Source: an uncultured Candidatus Binatia bacterium
Lineage (GTDB): Bacteria; Desulfobacterota; Binatia; Bin18
Length of the DNA: 64,000 nucleotides
Assembly (NCBI GenBank): GCA_965214605.1
Contig: OZ243961.1
Location: 2,272,001-2,336,000, forward strand
Direction of reading: 5' to 3'
In this document: positions 39,617 to 48,634 of the stretch, in pieces
Layout of the letters: every line of letters starts with the position of its first letter
How positions within the stretch are numbered: the stretch's first letter is position 1
Position numbers and translations under genes: made by a program
The notes under the pieces: generated by a model
Database searches by the model: none
Told to the model about the DNA's origin: nothing
What the model saw: only the letters and a program-made list of their open reading frames with translations

Positions 39617-40540
39617 CTAGTTTGTTGATGGTTGGGAGCTGAGCCGTTCTGCCTGATAGTAGGCGCGGGCGATACGGCGGCGTGCTTCTTCAGCCTGTTC
39701 TTCGTTGTACCCATCGTTCAGAATGAAGTATGCCATTTCATGCCAGTCGAAGACTTGGTTGGCGGAGGCCAACATTCGGAACAGCCGTGCCAGCAGTACA
39801 TACAGCATCGGTCCCCGAGCCGTTAGCAGTCGGTTCAGGCGTGTCTCGCTGTAGAAGGCGGTTGTCCGCTTGGTTTCACCGCCGAGGAACAGCGCTCTCC
39901 CAATCCTGGTTTTATTATGAGCGGAGCGTCTGTCCGCGGTGCCGGTCATCAGCGCGATACCGTGCATGATGAGCGCCCATTTGCGGTCGAAGGTACGATT
40001 GTCATAGCGTGGCAGCAGCCGCCAGAAGGCTGTTGCATCGGGGGTGTCCGGGGCCATCCGTCGTAATTCAGCTAGCTCCCTGCTGGACAAGTCACCGATA
40101 TCCCGGACAAGTTCGCATACAATAGCCGTAAGGGTAGGTCGAGGAGGCAGCCAGGGAGTGCTACGGACGACCTTGGACGACGGCTCGATAATCTGTCCGG
40201 TCTTATCTGGAGGACCGTCCCTTAAGATCTTCTCAATAGAGTTCCAATCTTTAGGACGCCAAACAAAGGTGGGGACTTGATGGGCAAAATCCTCCAGAAA
40301 CTCTTTCTGCTCATTAGACAGGCCGCCGTCGTCTGTTTTGAGTTCCGCAGCGATCATTGTACGGCGTCCATTTTTGTCCCTGTAGCGCAAGATCAAATCT
40401 GGGAACCCGCGTGGAATTGGTGCTTCCTTATAAGCATAAGCGCGGTCGGGAATATGGAATGGAGACCAGCCGTGGGATTTCGCTTCGGCTTCCACGGCTC
40501 GCTGGAACTCCCATTCATTCTTGAACGTAATCTCTGACAT
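39617..40540 (-). CDS. cas11: Cas11/Cse2 (CasB) fused to an N-terminal VRR-NUC (PD-(D/E)XK) nuclease domain
   Basis: The N-terminal ~107 aa read EWEFQ...GW..FH...GFPDL...AELKT..G.LS.EQ...VWRPKDW. After a Pro-rich linker, the C-terminal part carries Cse2 motifs LAELRR, FWRLL, SETRLNRLL, DW and RRRIARAYY. Confidence 0.88.
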   Translation of the reverse strand: MSEITFKNEWEFQRAVEAEAKSHGWSPFHIPDRAYAYKEAPIPRGFPDLILRYRDKNGRRTMIAAELKTDDGGLSNEQKEFLEDFAHQVPTFVWRPKDWNSIEKILRDGPPDKTGQIIEPSSKVVRSTPWLPPRPTLTAIVCELVRDIGDLSSRELAELRRMAPDTPDATAFWRLLPRYDNRTFDRKWALIMHGIALMTGTADRRSAHNKTRIGRALFLGGETKRTTAFYSETRLNRLLTARGPMLYVLLARLFRMLASANQVFDWHEMAYFILNDGYNEEQAEEARRRIARAYYQAERLSSQPSTN

Positions 40541-40542
40541 AA

Positions 40543-42099
40543 TCACTCCTCCTCGGTGTCGAACAGAAATGGCAGCCCCTTCGGCCCGCGCAGTCGCCCC
40601 TCAAATAGTCTCTCAGCGTTGGCATGGGCGCGGTAGCGGTGAATGGCGGGGCAGGGCAGGGCAGCCGTGGCGTCGCGGAGGACGCGGCGAGCGTGATCAA
40701 CTACCCCGTCTTTGCGGTTCATCAGCCAGGCCTCTCGGATGTGCTTGCGTTCAGTGTTCTCGGCCTCAAACTCGGTCTGTAGATCGTCAAAGAACCGGAC
40801 GTCAACGATTGCGTCGAGCTTGTCTCCCCAAGGATTGGCCAACCCTCGCTGCTCAGAGCTGGTATTGTTGCCCTCACCACGAGCGGCAAATGTTGCAATG
40901 GCGTGGCGCAAAATGCGCTGGACAATAGCAATCTGAGCAATACGGTCTTTGGCAATGTCGCCCAATTCCTGAGCCAGCATCCCAGAGCGCAGCATAGCTG
41001 TTCTGGCCTTGCTCCTGATGGGGATAATGCGTTCGTGATAGCCTTCGGTTTTGCCTTGGCCCCGCACCATTGCCCGGGCGACAAGCTGCATCGTTGCTGA
41101 GGAGCGCTGTTCGGCCTGTGTTGGCTGTAGCAAGAGCGGATGTTCCCATGAGGTCAGATATTCCGTAATCCGCTTGTAGGTAAAGCCGCCGGCGGGCAGA
41201 GTCAGGGCTTTCTCTTCTTTCGGGTTGATGGGGGTCCACGGGTCGCCCAGTCTGCCTTTGTGGTCTTTCGCCTCAATGCGCTCTGCTTTGGAACTTGCCC
41301 TGACCGCGCTGAGCTTGAGCTTGCCGTCCGCCCCGAAGCACAAGCGGATACGCCGGCAAATCTCGATGTAGTGGGAGGCCAGTTGGTTCGGCAGCAACTT
41401 TTCCGTTTTGGTCCCATTCCAGGGAAGGGTCCACAGTAGGCCGATATCGCCATCGGTCGTTGAAGGACTGCTCAGCAGTATCATGATATCGCGCCGTGCG
41501 TGCGCACCCGGTCGTGTGGACGGCGTCAGTGTGAAGGCCGGTCGGCTGCCGAATCCGCCATTCATCCGCGAGATTCCGTAATTGCCGGCCCCGCTGAATC
41601 CCTGCATCGTTTGCAGAGTAATTAGCGCAAACAGCCAGGAGTCCATGCTTGCCTCAGTCGCCACGGTCGATTTGAGGTCGTGGTTCTTAGATGTGACCAG
41701 CATGTCCAGCTCGTCGGGTGTTGCGATGGGGGTCTTGTAGTCTTTGGCCTTGTCTTCTGAGGAGGTCGGTGGCTGCATGAAGGCGGGAAGGCTGAAGTCG
41801 TCCACCACCAGCTGCCAGGGCTCGTCGCCCGGAGAGTCAGGCGTCAGCCCACGGATCAAGCTAGTCCATTCTGTCGCATCTACTGGTGGTTCACTAAGAC
41901 CGGCCCGGCGTATTGCCATCGTGCCGAGTTGGACGAAAAAGGCGTGGCAGGCGTGTCGTTGGTGGGGACGTAGTACGGGAAAAGCGTCTAGTTCATCCCG
42001 CATCAACGCGGTGTAGACTTCCGGCAACGACGCCTCTCTGCCTGAGCCGCTGCCTGCCGTATCAATCCGAATCAACGGTTCTGTGAGAATGTTGAACAT
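40543..42099 (-). CDS. cas8e: Cas8e (Cse1/CasA); possible in-frame N-terminal extension to 42234/42240
   Basis: MFNILTEPLI, LRPHQRHA, TPDELDML and GAGNYGISRMNGG motifs; first gene of the Cascade operon. Confidence 0.9.
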   Translation of the reverse strand: MFNILTEPLIRIDTAGSGSGREASLPEVYTALMRDELDAFPVLRPHQRHACHAFFVQLGTMAIRRAGLSEPPVDATEWTSLIRGLTPDSPGDEPWQLVVDDFSLPAFMQPPTSSEDKAKDYKTPIATPDELDMLVTSKNHDLKSTVATEASMDSWLFALITLQTMQGFSGAGNYGISRMNGGFGSRPAFTLTPSTRPGAHARRDIMILLSSPSTTDGDIGLLWTLPWNGTKTEKLLPNQLASHYIEICRRIRLCFGADGKLKLSAVRASSKAERIEAKDHKGRLGDPWTPINPKEEKALTLPAGGFTYKRITEYLTSWEHPLLLQPTQAEQRSSATMQLVARAMVRGQGKTEGYHERIIPIRSKARTAMLRSGMLAQELGDIAKDRIAQIAIVQRILRHAIATFAARGEGNNTSSEQRGLANPWGDKLDAIVDVRFFDDLQTEFEAENTERKHIREAWLMNRKDGVVDHARRVLRDATAALPCPAIHRYRAHANAERLFEGRLRGPKGLPFLFDTEEE

Positions 42100-42297
42100 G
42101 GGCCTTAACCTCTCTCTCAAGTGCCTCTGGTCAGAAGCATCTCCGTGTTGTATTTCTACCCGTGTGGTCCCAAGTTGGGTCTGCAACGTCAGGGATGGGG
42201 GAGGACGGGCTGCAGCTTGAACAGCATCTGTCATAATCATTCCTCCTAGAATCTTGCGAGAATATTTTGTCGCACTATTCTCTATTTAGCAACGCAA

Positions 42298-42326
42298 AGA
42301 TTAGAGAAAGAAGTTTTATTTGTCAA
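42298..42326 (-). promoter_or_regulatory. Sigma70 promoter of the Cascade operon
   Basis: TTGACA (42326-42321), a 17-nt spacer and TAATCT (42303-42298). Confidence 0.75.
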
Positions 42327-42335
42327 TCCCCATCC

Positions 42336-42424
42336 ATCCTACCCCGCAGCACGGGGATAGACCGCTTTGCGTTGCGAGGTGAACTCTCCGCGCTAAAGTT
42401 TCCCCGCAAACGCGGGGGCAGTGT
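42336..42424 (+). ncRNA. CRISPR-like regulatory mini-array (degenerate repeat, 33-nt spacer, degenerate repeat)
   Basis: ATCCTACCCCGCAGCACGGGGATAGACC / GCTTTGCGTTGCGAGGTGAACTCTCCGCGCTAA / AGTTTCCCCGCAAACGCGGGGGCAGTGT; the spacer seed matches 42299-42289. Confidence 0.8.
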
Positions 42425-42466
42425 TCTGTTGGTGGTTTTGTCTAGGTGGCTTAGGGCTGGTGTTGC

Positions 42467-45136
42467 TCATCGTATCCGCCCTAGACCTAGGCGGCCATAG
42501 TGGAACTGTGCGTTGCCGACCTGAAAGATAAAACCGTCGTCTGTCAACTCAGGCGCGACCGGCTCTTCACTAGCTAAGTTGCGGGCCAGATGGTGGGGAA
42601 TCGTTATTTGGGAGATTGTTTCGCGGCTGAAGGGGCTGATCGGTGCCGGCTCCAACTCAACCGTTATACCCTCGTCGCCCAGCCGAGTCCGTATTTTCTC
42701 CTCCAGGGATCCAAAAATCACTTCCTGGTTGTCTACAAAAAAGGATTTATCACGCCGGACGACCGCACTCCGGGCAGTCAGACCCTCGGCAAGTTCGGTC
42801 CCCTTTAGCGTAGTAGCGTGAACCCGCCAGGCGTCTCCCAACTCTGCGGTGATGGCCTCCAGTGTCTCAATGTGGGTTGTTCGTTCGACCAGTTCTCGGT
42901 TCATCTCCGGGATGCGCCATAGACTGGCGCGCTTCGCATGATCTACAATCAGCCGCCTCGTGGCCTCCAGGACACGCAGGTCCTCATACACATGACCGTG
43001 CGGCCCCAGGCCATTCCGACCCGAACCTTTTGCCAGCAGGGGCGAGAGGTCCGTGTCGGTCGGCAGGAGCACGATGCAGATCGGTGTCTCATATCCGGCC
43101 GGCCGGTCAGGCCGTTGGTGTCGGTGTAAGCGGCCAATCCGCTGAAGCAGCACATCCATTGGGCACAGATCGGTTATGAGAAGGTCGGCGTCTATATCGA
43201 GAGATTGCTCCAGCGTCTGGGTGCCCACGACAACGCGTCCGCCGGGACGGCGGTTTTTGCCAAGCTGCTCCTCAACCGCTCTATCTAGTTGGAGACGGTC
43301 GCCAGCGGCGAACCGGCCGTGGTGGAGCGTGAAAACGTCCCCGCAGGCATACAGCAAACCACGTTCGTCGGACGGGACGCTTTTTTCCAGTGTTTGCTGG
43401 GTGTCGACCGCGTGACCGACCGTGTTGCGAATGACCAGAGCTTTTGCGCCGGCGCGGGCCGCGTGCAGGCTGCGTTCCGCGACCTGAGCGAAGTCATCCA
43501 TGGCCGCGGAGGCTTCAATTCGTACTGTTTTTTCTTTTCCATTGTGAGCGACAGCGACCATACGCTCACCGCCGTTCGCCTGGATTGTGACCGCGGGGTA
43601 GGGTGCTCTGATTGCCTCGCTGAGAGGGGGCATGTCTTGCAAACCGGCAAAATAGCGACGACGGGCCACAGAACCTAGTGTGGCCGACATCAACACCGCG
43701 TAGCCACCGGCGCTGATATGGGCGTCAAGCAGAGTCTTGAGAATACTGCTCATATAGGGGTCGGAGGCGTGTACTTCGTCCACTACCAGCAGACTGCGTG
43801 CTAGGCAGGCGGCGCGCAGATGGGCGTGTTTCACTTTGAGGGCTGCCATCATGGCCTGATCTACGGTGCCCACGGCAATTTGCGCCGCCAAGTAGCGTTT
43901 GGCGCTTTCTGCGGCCCACCGGCGTTTTTCGGTGGCGACGTCGGGATGATCGTCCCACCAGACCTCATAGTTTGGGAGATGTTTGCCTCCGGCATCTCCG
44001 GCCCGTACATAGCCGGGGACCGCTAAGACGGGCTCCGGACCGGTGTCTCTGGGAAACAGATTTGTGATGAATCGCACAACGCGCCCGTGCATCTGGCTGG
44101 CGGCCGCGCGAGTCGGTAGGGCAAAGTACAGTCCATCCACCAGTTCGGCCCGGTACATATGGGCAAAGCGCCACAAGGCAGCCTCAGTTTTGCCGGAGCC
44201 GGTTTCAGACTCGATGATGACCAGCCGCTCGTCCGTCGGGACCGCTTTTGCCGACCGCTGGATAGGATTGGGCGTTGCGTTGGGGATGCTGAACAGGTCG
44301 CCAAAATCCGGCAGGGCTGCCAGCTGGCGAAAGATCTTTCGCTGGCTTTTCAGATTCAACCCGATGTCCGAAACCGCACGGAGGGCGTTTTGTCGCGCGG
44401 TGTTGATGTAGTCGTTGCGTGACTCGGCGCAAAACGGAAAATTGCGTTCGTCAGAGCCAATCCAGTCGGCCAGCATGCATAGGCCCAGGAACATATGTTG
44501 GAAGGCAGGAGTGGATGGCAGGAGTGGCGTGTTGGACGTGAAGGCGGACGGGAACCATTGTCGCACGAGGTGGCTGATGCGCTCCACGCAGGCCTGGGGG
44601 TGTAACTCGCCAAAGGCGCGCCATGCTGAAGGGTTGGGTTGCCGCGTGTCCTCCAGTTGCAGGGGGAGGCCGTGATGCGACAGCGCAGCGATGAACAACC
44701 CGCAGACGGTCTCGCCGTCCTTATCGTCCCAGGTCAACAAATCATCCCACCAGCCCAGCGCGTCAAAAAACCAGGCGGATGTTTTTTCATCCTTGTTGTT
44801 CAGGATGGGCGTCAGATCGGCTATGTGGCCGGCGCGGGGTGGCGTTTTCTTGTACGCCGGCGCATCCGTGGGATGCCAGATGCGCGTCTGAAAGCCGACG
44901 TTGACCTTGCCGATATCGTGGAGAGCGGCAAATACTGCCAGCCGCGCCTCGGTTGCGCTGTCTATGACCTCCAGCCCGCCGGCCTGTGCCAGGCGTTGCC
45001 TGATGGTCGGCTGCGCCAGCAGTGTCTCGAAGCAGGCACCGACATCGGCCATGTGGTGCTCCAATAGATGAATGCGGCGCGGGTTGTCCCGGTCCGATTT
45101 TGCCCAGAATGCCCTGGTATATGCCGCGGCTGTCAT
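42467..45136 (-). CDS. cas3: Cas3 (HD nuclease plus SF2 helicase)
   Basis: HDIGK, LADW, ETGSGKTE, DEVH, QSLDID and QRIGRLHRH motifs are all intact. Confidence 0.96.
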   Translation of the reverse strand: MTAAAYTRAFWAKSDRDNPRRIHLLEHHMADVGACFETLLAQPTIRQRLAQAGGLEVIDSATEARLAVFAALHDIGKVNVGFQTRIWHPTDAPAYKKTPPRAGHIADLTPILNNKDEKTSAWFFDALGWWDDLLTWDDKDGETVCGLFIAALSHHGLPLQLEDTRQPNPSAWRAFGELHPQACVERISHLVRQWFPSAFTSNTPLLPSTPAFQHMFLGLCMLADWIGSDERNFPFCAESRNDYINTARQNALRAVSDIGLNLKSQRKIFRQLAALPDFGDLFSIPNATPNPIQRSAKAVPTDERLVIIESETGSGKTEAALWRFAHMYRAELVDGLYFALPTRAAASQMHGRVVRFITNLFPRDTGPEPVLAVPGYVRAGDAGGKHLPNYEVWWDDHPDVATEKRRWAAESAKRYLAAQIAVGTVDQAMMAALKVKHAHLRAACLARSLLVVDEVHASDPYMSSILKTLLDAHISAGGYAVLMSATLGSVARRRYFAGLQDMPPLSEAIRAPYPAVTIQANGGERMVAVAHNGKEKTVRIEASAAMDDFAQVAERSLHAARAGAKALVIRNTVGHAVDTQQTLEKSVPSDERGLLYACGDVFTLHHGRFAAGDRLQLDRAVEEQLGKNRRPGGRVVVGTQTLEQSLDIDADLLITDLCPMDVLLQRIGRLHRHQRPDRPAGYETPICIVLLPTDTDLSPLLAKGSGRNGLGPHGHVYEDLRVLEATRRLIVDHAKRASLWRIPEMNRELVERTTHIETLEAITAELGDAWRVHATTLKGTELAEGLTARSAVVRRDKSFFVDNQEVIFGSLEEKIRTRLGDEGITVELEPAPISPFSRETISQITIPHHLARNLASEEPVAPELTDDGFIFQVGNAQFHYGRLGLGRIR

Positions 45137-45172
45137 TGTCCCTCCGATTCTCTCTTCGCGATGTCCGTGTCT

Positions 45173-46423
45173 TTACAACCTGCCCGCTTCCCGCAGCTCC
45201 CTGACCCGCTCTTCTTGAAGAATCGTCCCGTCTTGGTAGAGGCAGCTAATCTGTTCTTCGCTGTAGTCCAGGTAGTGGTGGAGGATCTCCTCGTTGTGTT
45301 CCCCTAAAAAGGCCGCCCGAAAGGGAATTCCGACCTCGGCGTTGGACAGGTGGAAGGGCGATTTGGCAATTGGGGTCGGCCCCAACAGCGGATGCGGCAC
45401 GTCCTGAAAAAAGTCGCGGGTTTGAAGCTGGGGATGTTCAACGGCGGCCGGGACGTCGAGAATCGGAGCGGATGGAACCCGGGCTTCCGCCAAGATTTTC
45501 AGCGGTGTTTCATCATCCTCAAAGCTTTGCAGCCAGTCCTCAATATGTTTTCGGACCTCGGGCCGACGCCGACAGCGCTCAATCTGCGTGGCGTAGCGCG
45601 GGTCGGTTGCCAACTCGGACTTGCCCATGGCCTCGACCAGCGGCGGCCATTGGTGCTCGGCAACGGCAAAGACGATATAGCCGCGTTTCGCCTTATAGAC
45701 GCCGTAGGGACAGATATTAAAAAAATCGCCGCCAAAACGGTGGGGTCGAACAGCCCCCTGACTCATCAGGAAAAGCGGAAAATTAATGTAGTCGAGATAG
45801 ACTAAGGATTCAAGCTGAGAGATATCAATGTACTGGCCCTCTCCGCTCATAGCGCGGTGGAACAGAGCCGCGCAGATTCCCAGGGCGCCGTGAATCCCGG
45901 CGTTTGGATCGCCGAAATAATTGCCGACATAGGTCGGCGGGCCGTCGGGTTCGCCTGTCATAGCCATCACTCCGCTTTGAGCTTGGGCTATAATATCGAA
46001 GCTGGTGTGCCGCGCATACGGGCCGTCCTGTCCGTAGCCCGACACCGAACACATGATAAGACGGGGATTCAGAGTTTTGAGCGAGTCATAGTCGAGGCCG
46101 TATTTCGCCATTACTCCAGGACTATAGTTTTCCACCGCCACATCAACCCGACGAACCAACTCGCGTACAATTTCGAGTGCCTTAGGCTTTTTGAAATCCA
46201 CACACAGACTTTTTTTACCTGCACAGGCGGACAGGAACAGTGCGCTTTGGCCGTGTTCGACAAGGTGGATCTTGCGTCCTAGGTCGCCGTCGGGCGCCCG
46301 TTCGATTTTGATCACCGCCGCCCCTAGGTCGGCCAATACACGGGTGGCCGAGGGGCCGGCTAGATACTGGGTGAAGTCGAGTACGGTCACGCCGGCCAAC
46401 AGCTGCGTGGCGGCATGTGTCAT
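45173..46423 (-). CDS. CaiB/BaiF class III CoA-transferase
   Basis: LAGP, GKKS, ENYSPG and SGYGQDGP motifs. Confidence 0.9.
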   Translation of the reverse strand: MTHAATQLLAGVTVLDFTQYLAGPSATRVLADLGAAVIKIERAPDGDLGRKIHLVEHGQSALFLSACAGKKSLCVDFKKPKALEIVRELVRRVDVAVENYSPGVMAKYGLDYDSLKTLNPRLIMCSVSGYGQDGPYARHTSFDIIAQAQSGVMAMTGEPDGPPTYVGNYFGDPNAGIHGALGICAALFHRAMSGEGQYIDISQLESLVYLDYINFPLFLMSQGAVRPHRFGGDFFNICPYGVYKAKRGYIVFAVAEHQWPPLVEAMGKSELATDPRYATQIERCRRRPEVRKHIEDWLQSFEDDETPLKILAEARVPSAPILDVPAAVEHPQLQTRDFFQDVPHPLLGPTPIAKSPFHLSNAEVGIPFRAAFLGEHNEEILHHYLDYSEEQISCLYQDGTILQEERVRELREAGRL

Positions 46424-46570
46424 AGAGCCTCCTTCCTTGCCTGGTGTCGCTTCTTCCTACTAAATCTGGGCTGCAGCGGCAAGTTTGGCGGGAGATTTTT
46501 AACAGAGCAATCGGTTGACTTTTGGCGCCCATGCATTTGAATAAGGACACGGGAGAGGAGGAACACGACT

Positions 46571-47551
46571 ATGCTGATTCGTTCTTGGCGCGGCTGGGAG
46601 ATGCCGCAGCGCCTCGCCACTCCGGAAGACGTGTATTTCAACCGACGCAGATTTCTCCAAGCCCTGGGGCTTACCGGCCTGAGCGCGCTCGGCCTCGGAG
46701 GGGTGAGCCTGGCCGAAGGCCAGACCGCCGCCGAGCTAGGTGCTCTTCGGGGCCTGCCCGAGCCCGGTCCGACCGCTGATCTCTATCCGGCAAAACGCTC
46801 GGAGCGCTATACCCTGGACCGACCGTTGACCAGAGAAATCGTGGCCGCCACGTATAATAATTTCTATGAGTTTTCGTCCCGCAAAGAACACGTCGCCCGC
46901 TTGGTGTCCAATTTTCAAACCCGACCATGGCAAATCGAGGTGACGGGGCTGGTCAAGAAACCGCAAGTTCTGGATATTGATGAGCTCGTCCGCCGCATGC
47001 CGCTTGAAGAGCGCTTGTACCGCCACCGGTGCGTCGAAGCCTGGTCCATGGCTGTCCCCTGGACAGGTTTTCCAATCAAGGCATTTATCGATTTGGTTGA
47101 ACCCCTGTCCTCGGCAAAATTCATCCGCATGCTGACCTTCAATAACGCCGACCAGGCTCCAGGGATGCGGGATACGAGCTACCCCTGGCCGTATTTTGAG
47201 GGCTTGAGCCTGGCCGAGGCAACGAACGAGCTGTCACTTTTCGTGACCGGCATCTACGGCCACGAGTTGACCAAGCAGCACGGCGCTCCGATTCGCCTCG
47301 TCGTGCCCTGGAAGTATGGCTACAAGAGTATCAAGTCGATTGTTCGGATCGAGTTTACCGCCACCGAACCCGGTACGTTTTGGTCCTCCCTCATTCCGTG
47401 GGAGTACGATTTTATGGCCAACGTCAACCCGGCGGTACCCCATCCTCGCTGGTCCCAGGCATATGAGCGGGTGATCGGCACTGACGAACGCAGGCCAACC
47501 CTACCGTATAACGGGTATGCAGAGTTTGTGGCTGGTTTGTATCGGGCCTAA
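46571..47551 (+). CDS. msrP: Protein-methionine-sulfoxide reductase catalytic subunit
   Basis: Tat RRRFL, YNNFYEF, RCVEAWSM and RLVVPWKYGYKSIKSI motifs. Confidence 0.92.
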   Translation: MLIRSWRGWEMPQRLATPEDVYFNRRRFLQALGLTGLSALGLGGVSLAEGQTAAELGALRGLPEPGPTADLYPAKRSERYTLDRPLTREIVAATYNNFYEFSSRKEHVARLVSNFQTRPWQIEVTGLVKKPQVLDIDELVRRMPLEERLYRHRCVEAWSMAVPWTGFPIKAFIDLVEPLSSAKFIRMLTFNNADQAPGMRDTSYPWPYFEGLSLAEATNELSLFVTGIYGHELTKQHGAPIRLVVPWKYGYKSIKSIVRIEFTATEPGTFWSSLIPWEYDFMANVNPAVPHPRWSQAYERVIGTDERRPTLPYNGYAEFVAGLYRA

Positions 47552-48605
47552 CAGGACCCCCCGTGCCTTGAGCTGGGCGGGGGCCGCCCTGCTGGCGGTG
47601 TGCTCCGCCTGCGCCGTCCCGCCCGATCGCACGCCTGAGGTCGCGGCCGATCCTGCCTCCCTGTACGCCTACCACGGAAAACCCGGAGCCTGGTTTACGC
47701 CCTGGCGGCGGCGGGACGTTTCTTTTTTCGACATCCTGCGTTGGAGCGTGTCACGCAACGCCTATACTGGTGAGCGGCGGAACCCACCCGCCGTGCCCCG
47801 GGTCGAAAATGACGGGAGTTCCCTGGCCGCAGCGGAAAAGACAGCCGCGCTCACCTGGGTGGGACACTCCACCTTTGCCGTCCACGATCGGGCCGACGTC
47901 TTTCTGACCGATCCGCACTTTGGTCAGCGCGCCTTCCTCCCCAAGCGTCATCATCCACCCGGAATCCCGATTCAGGCCGTTCCCGCCGACGCCTTTGCCG
48001 TTGTGTCGCACAACCACTACGACCACCTTGACGCCTATAGCGTTGAGACCCTGCCGCCGTCGGTCCACTGGTTTGTTCCGATGGGCTTGGCCGAGTGGTT
48101 TCGTGACCGGGGTCGCCCGAATGTGGTCGAGCTTGACTGGTGGCAAACCGTCCGGCACGGCCGCTGGACAATCAGCTGCGTGCCCTCCCAACACTGGTCG
48201 CTGCGTATCGGTCAAGCGCAGAACTCGACCCTATGGTGTGCTTGGGTGATTGCCTCGGACGAACGCCGCTATTTTTTTGGTGGGGATACGGGCTATTTTC
48301 ACGGCTTTCGCGAAATCGTCCTGCGCTACGGTCCGATTGACGTGGCACTGCTCCCGATCGGCGCCTATGAACCGCGCTGGTTTATGCGCTACTCGCACAT
48401 GAATCCGGCCGAAGCCTATCAGGCGTTTCTGGATTTAGAGGCGCGCTGGATGATTCCGTGTCACTGGGGAACGTTTGATCTGACCGATGAGCCGTATGAC
48501 GAAGCCCCGCGCGAGTTGCGCCGGGTGGTCCGGGCCGCGGGGGCGTCGCTCGATCCCATCAAGATTATGGCGATCGGAGAGCGCTGGCAGGTGCCCGAAG
48601 AGTAG
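47517..48605 (+). CDS. MBL-fold metallohydrolase (NAPE-PLD/RomA-like, possible lipoprotein); start uncertain
   Basis: WVGHST, SHNHYDHLD, GDTGY, PIGAYEPRW and HWGTF motifs. Confidence 0.88.
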   Translation: MQSLWLVCIGPNRTPRALSWAGAALLAVCSACAVPPDRTPEVAADPASLYAYHGKPGAWFTPWRRRDVSFFDILRWSVSRNAYTGERRNPPAVPRVENDGSSLAAAEKTAALTWVGHSTFAVHDRADVFLTDPHFGQRAFLPKRHHPPGIPIQAVPADAFAVVSHNHYDHLDAYSVETLPPSVHWFVPMGLAEWFRDRGRPNVVELDWWQTVRHGRWTISCVPSQHWSLRIGQAQNSTLWCAWVIASDERRYFFGGDTGYFHGFREIVLRYGPIDVALLPIGAYEPRWFMRYSHMNPAEAYQAFLDLEARWMIPCHWGTFDLTDEPYDEAPRELRRVVRAAGASLDPIKIMAIGERWQVPEE

Positions 48606-48634
48606 GGGACTCCCCCGCAGCCCTCGGTCCGGGT

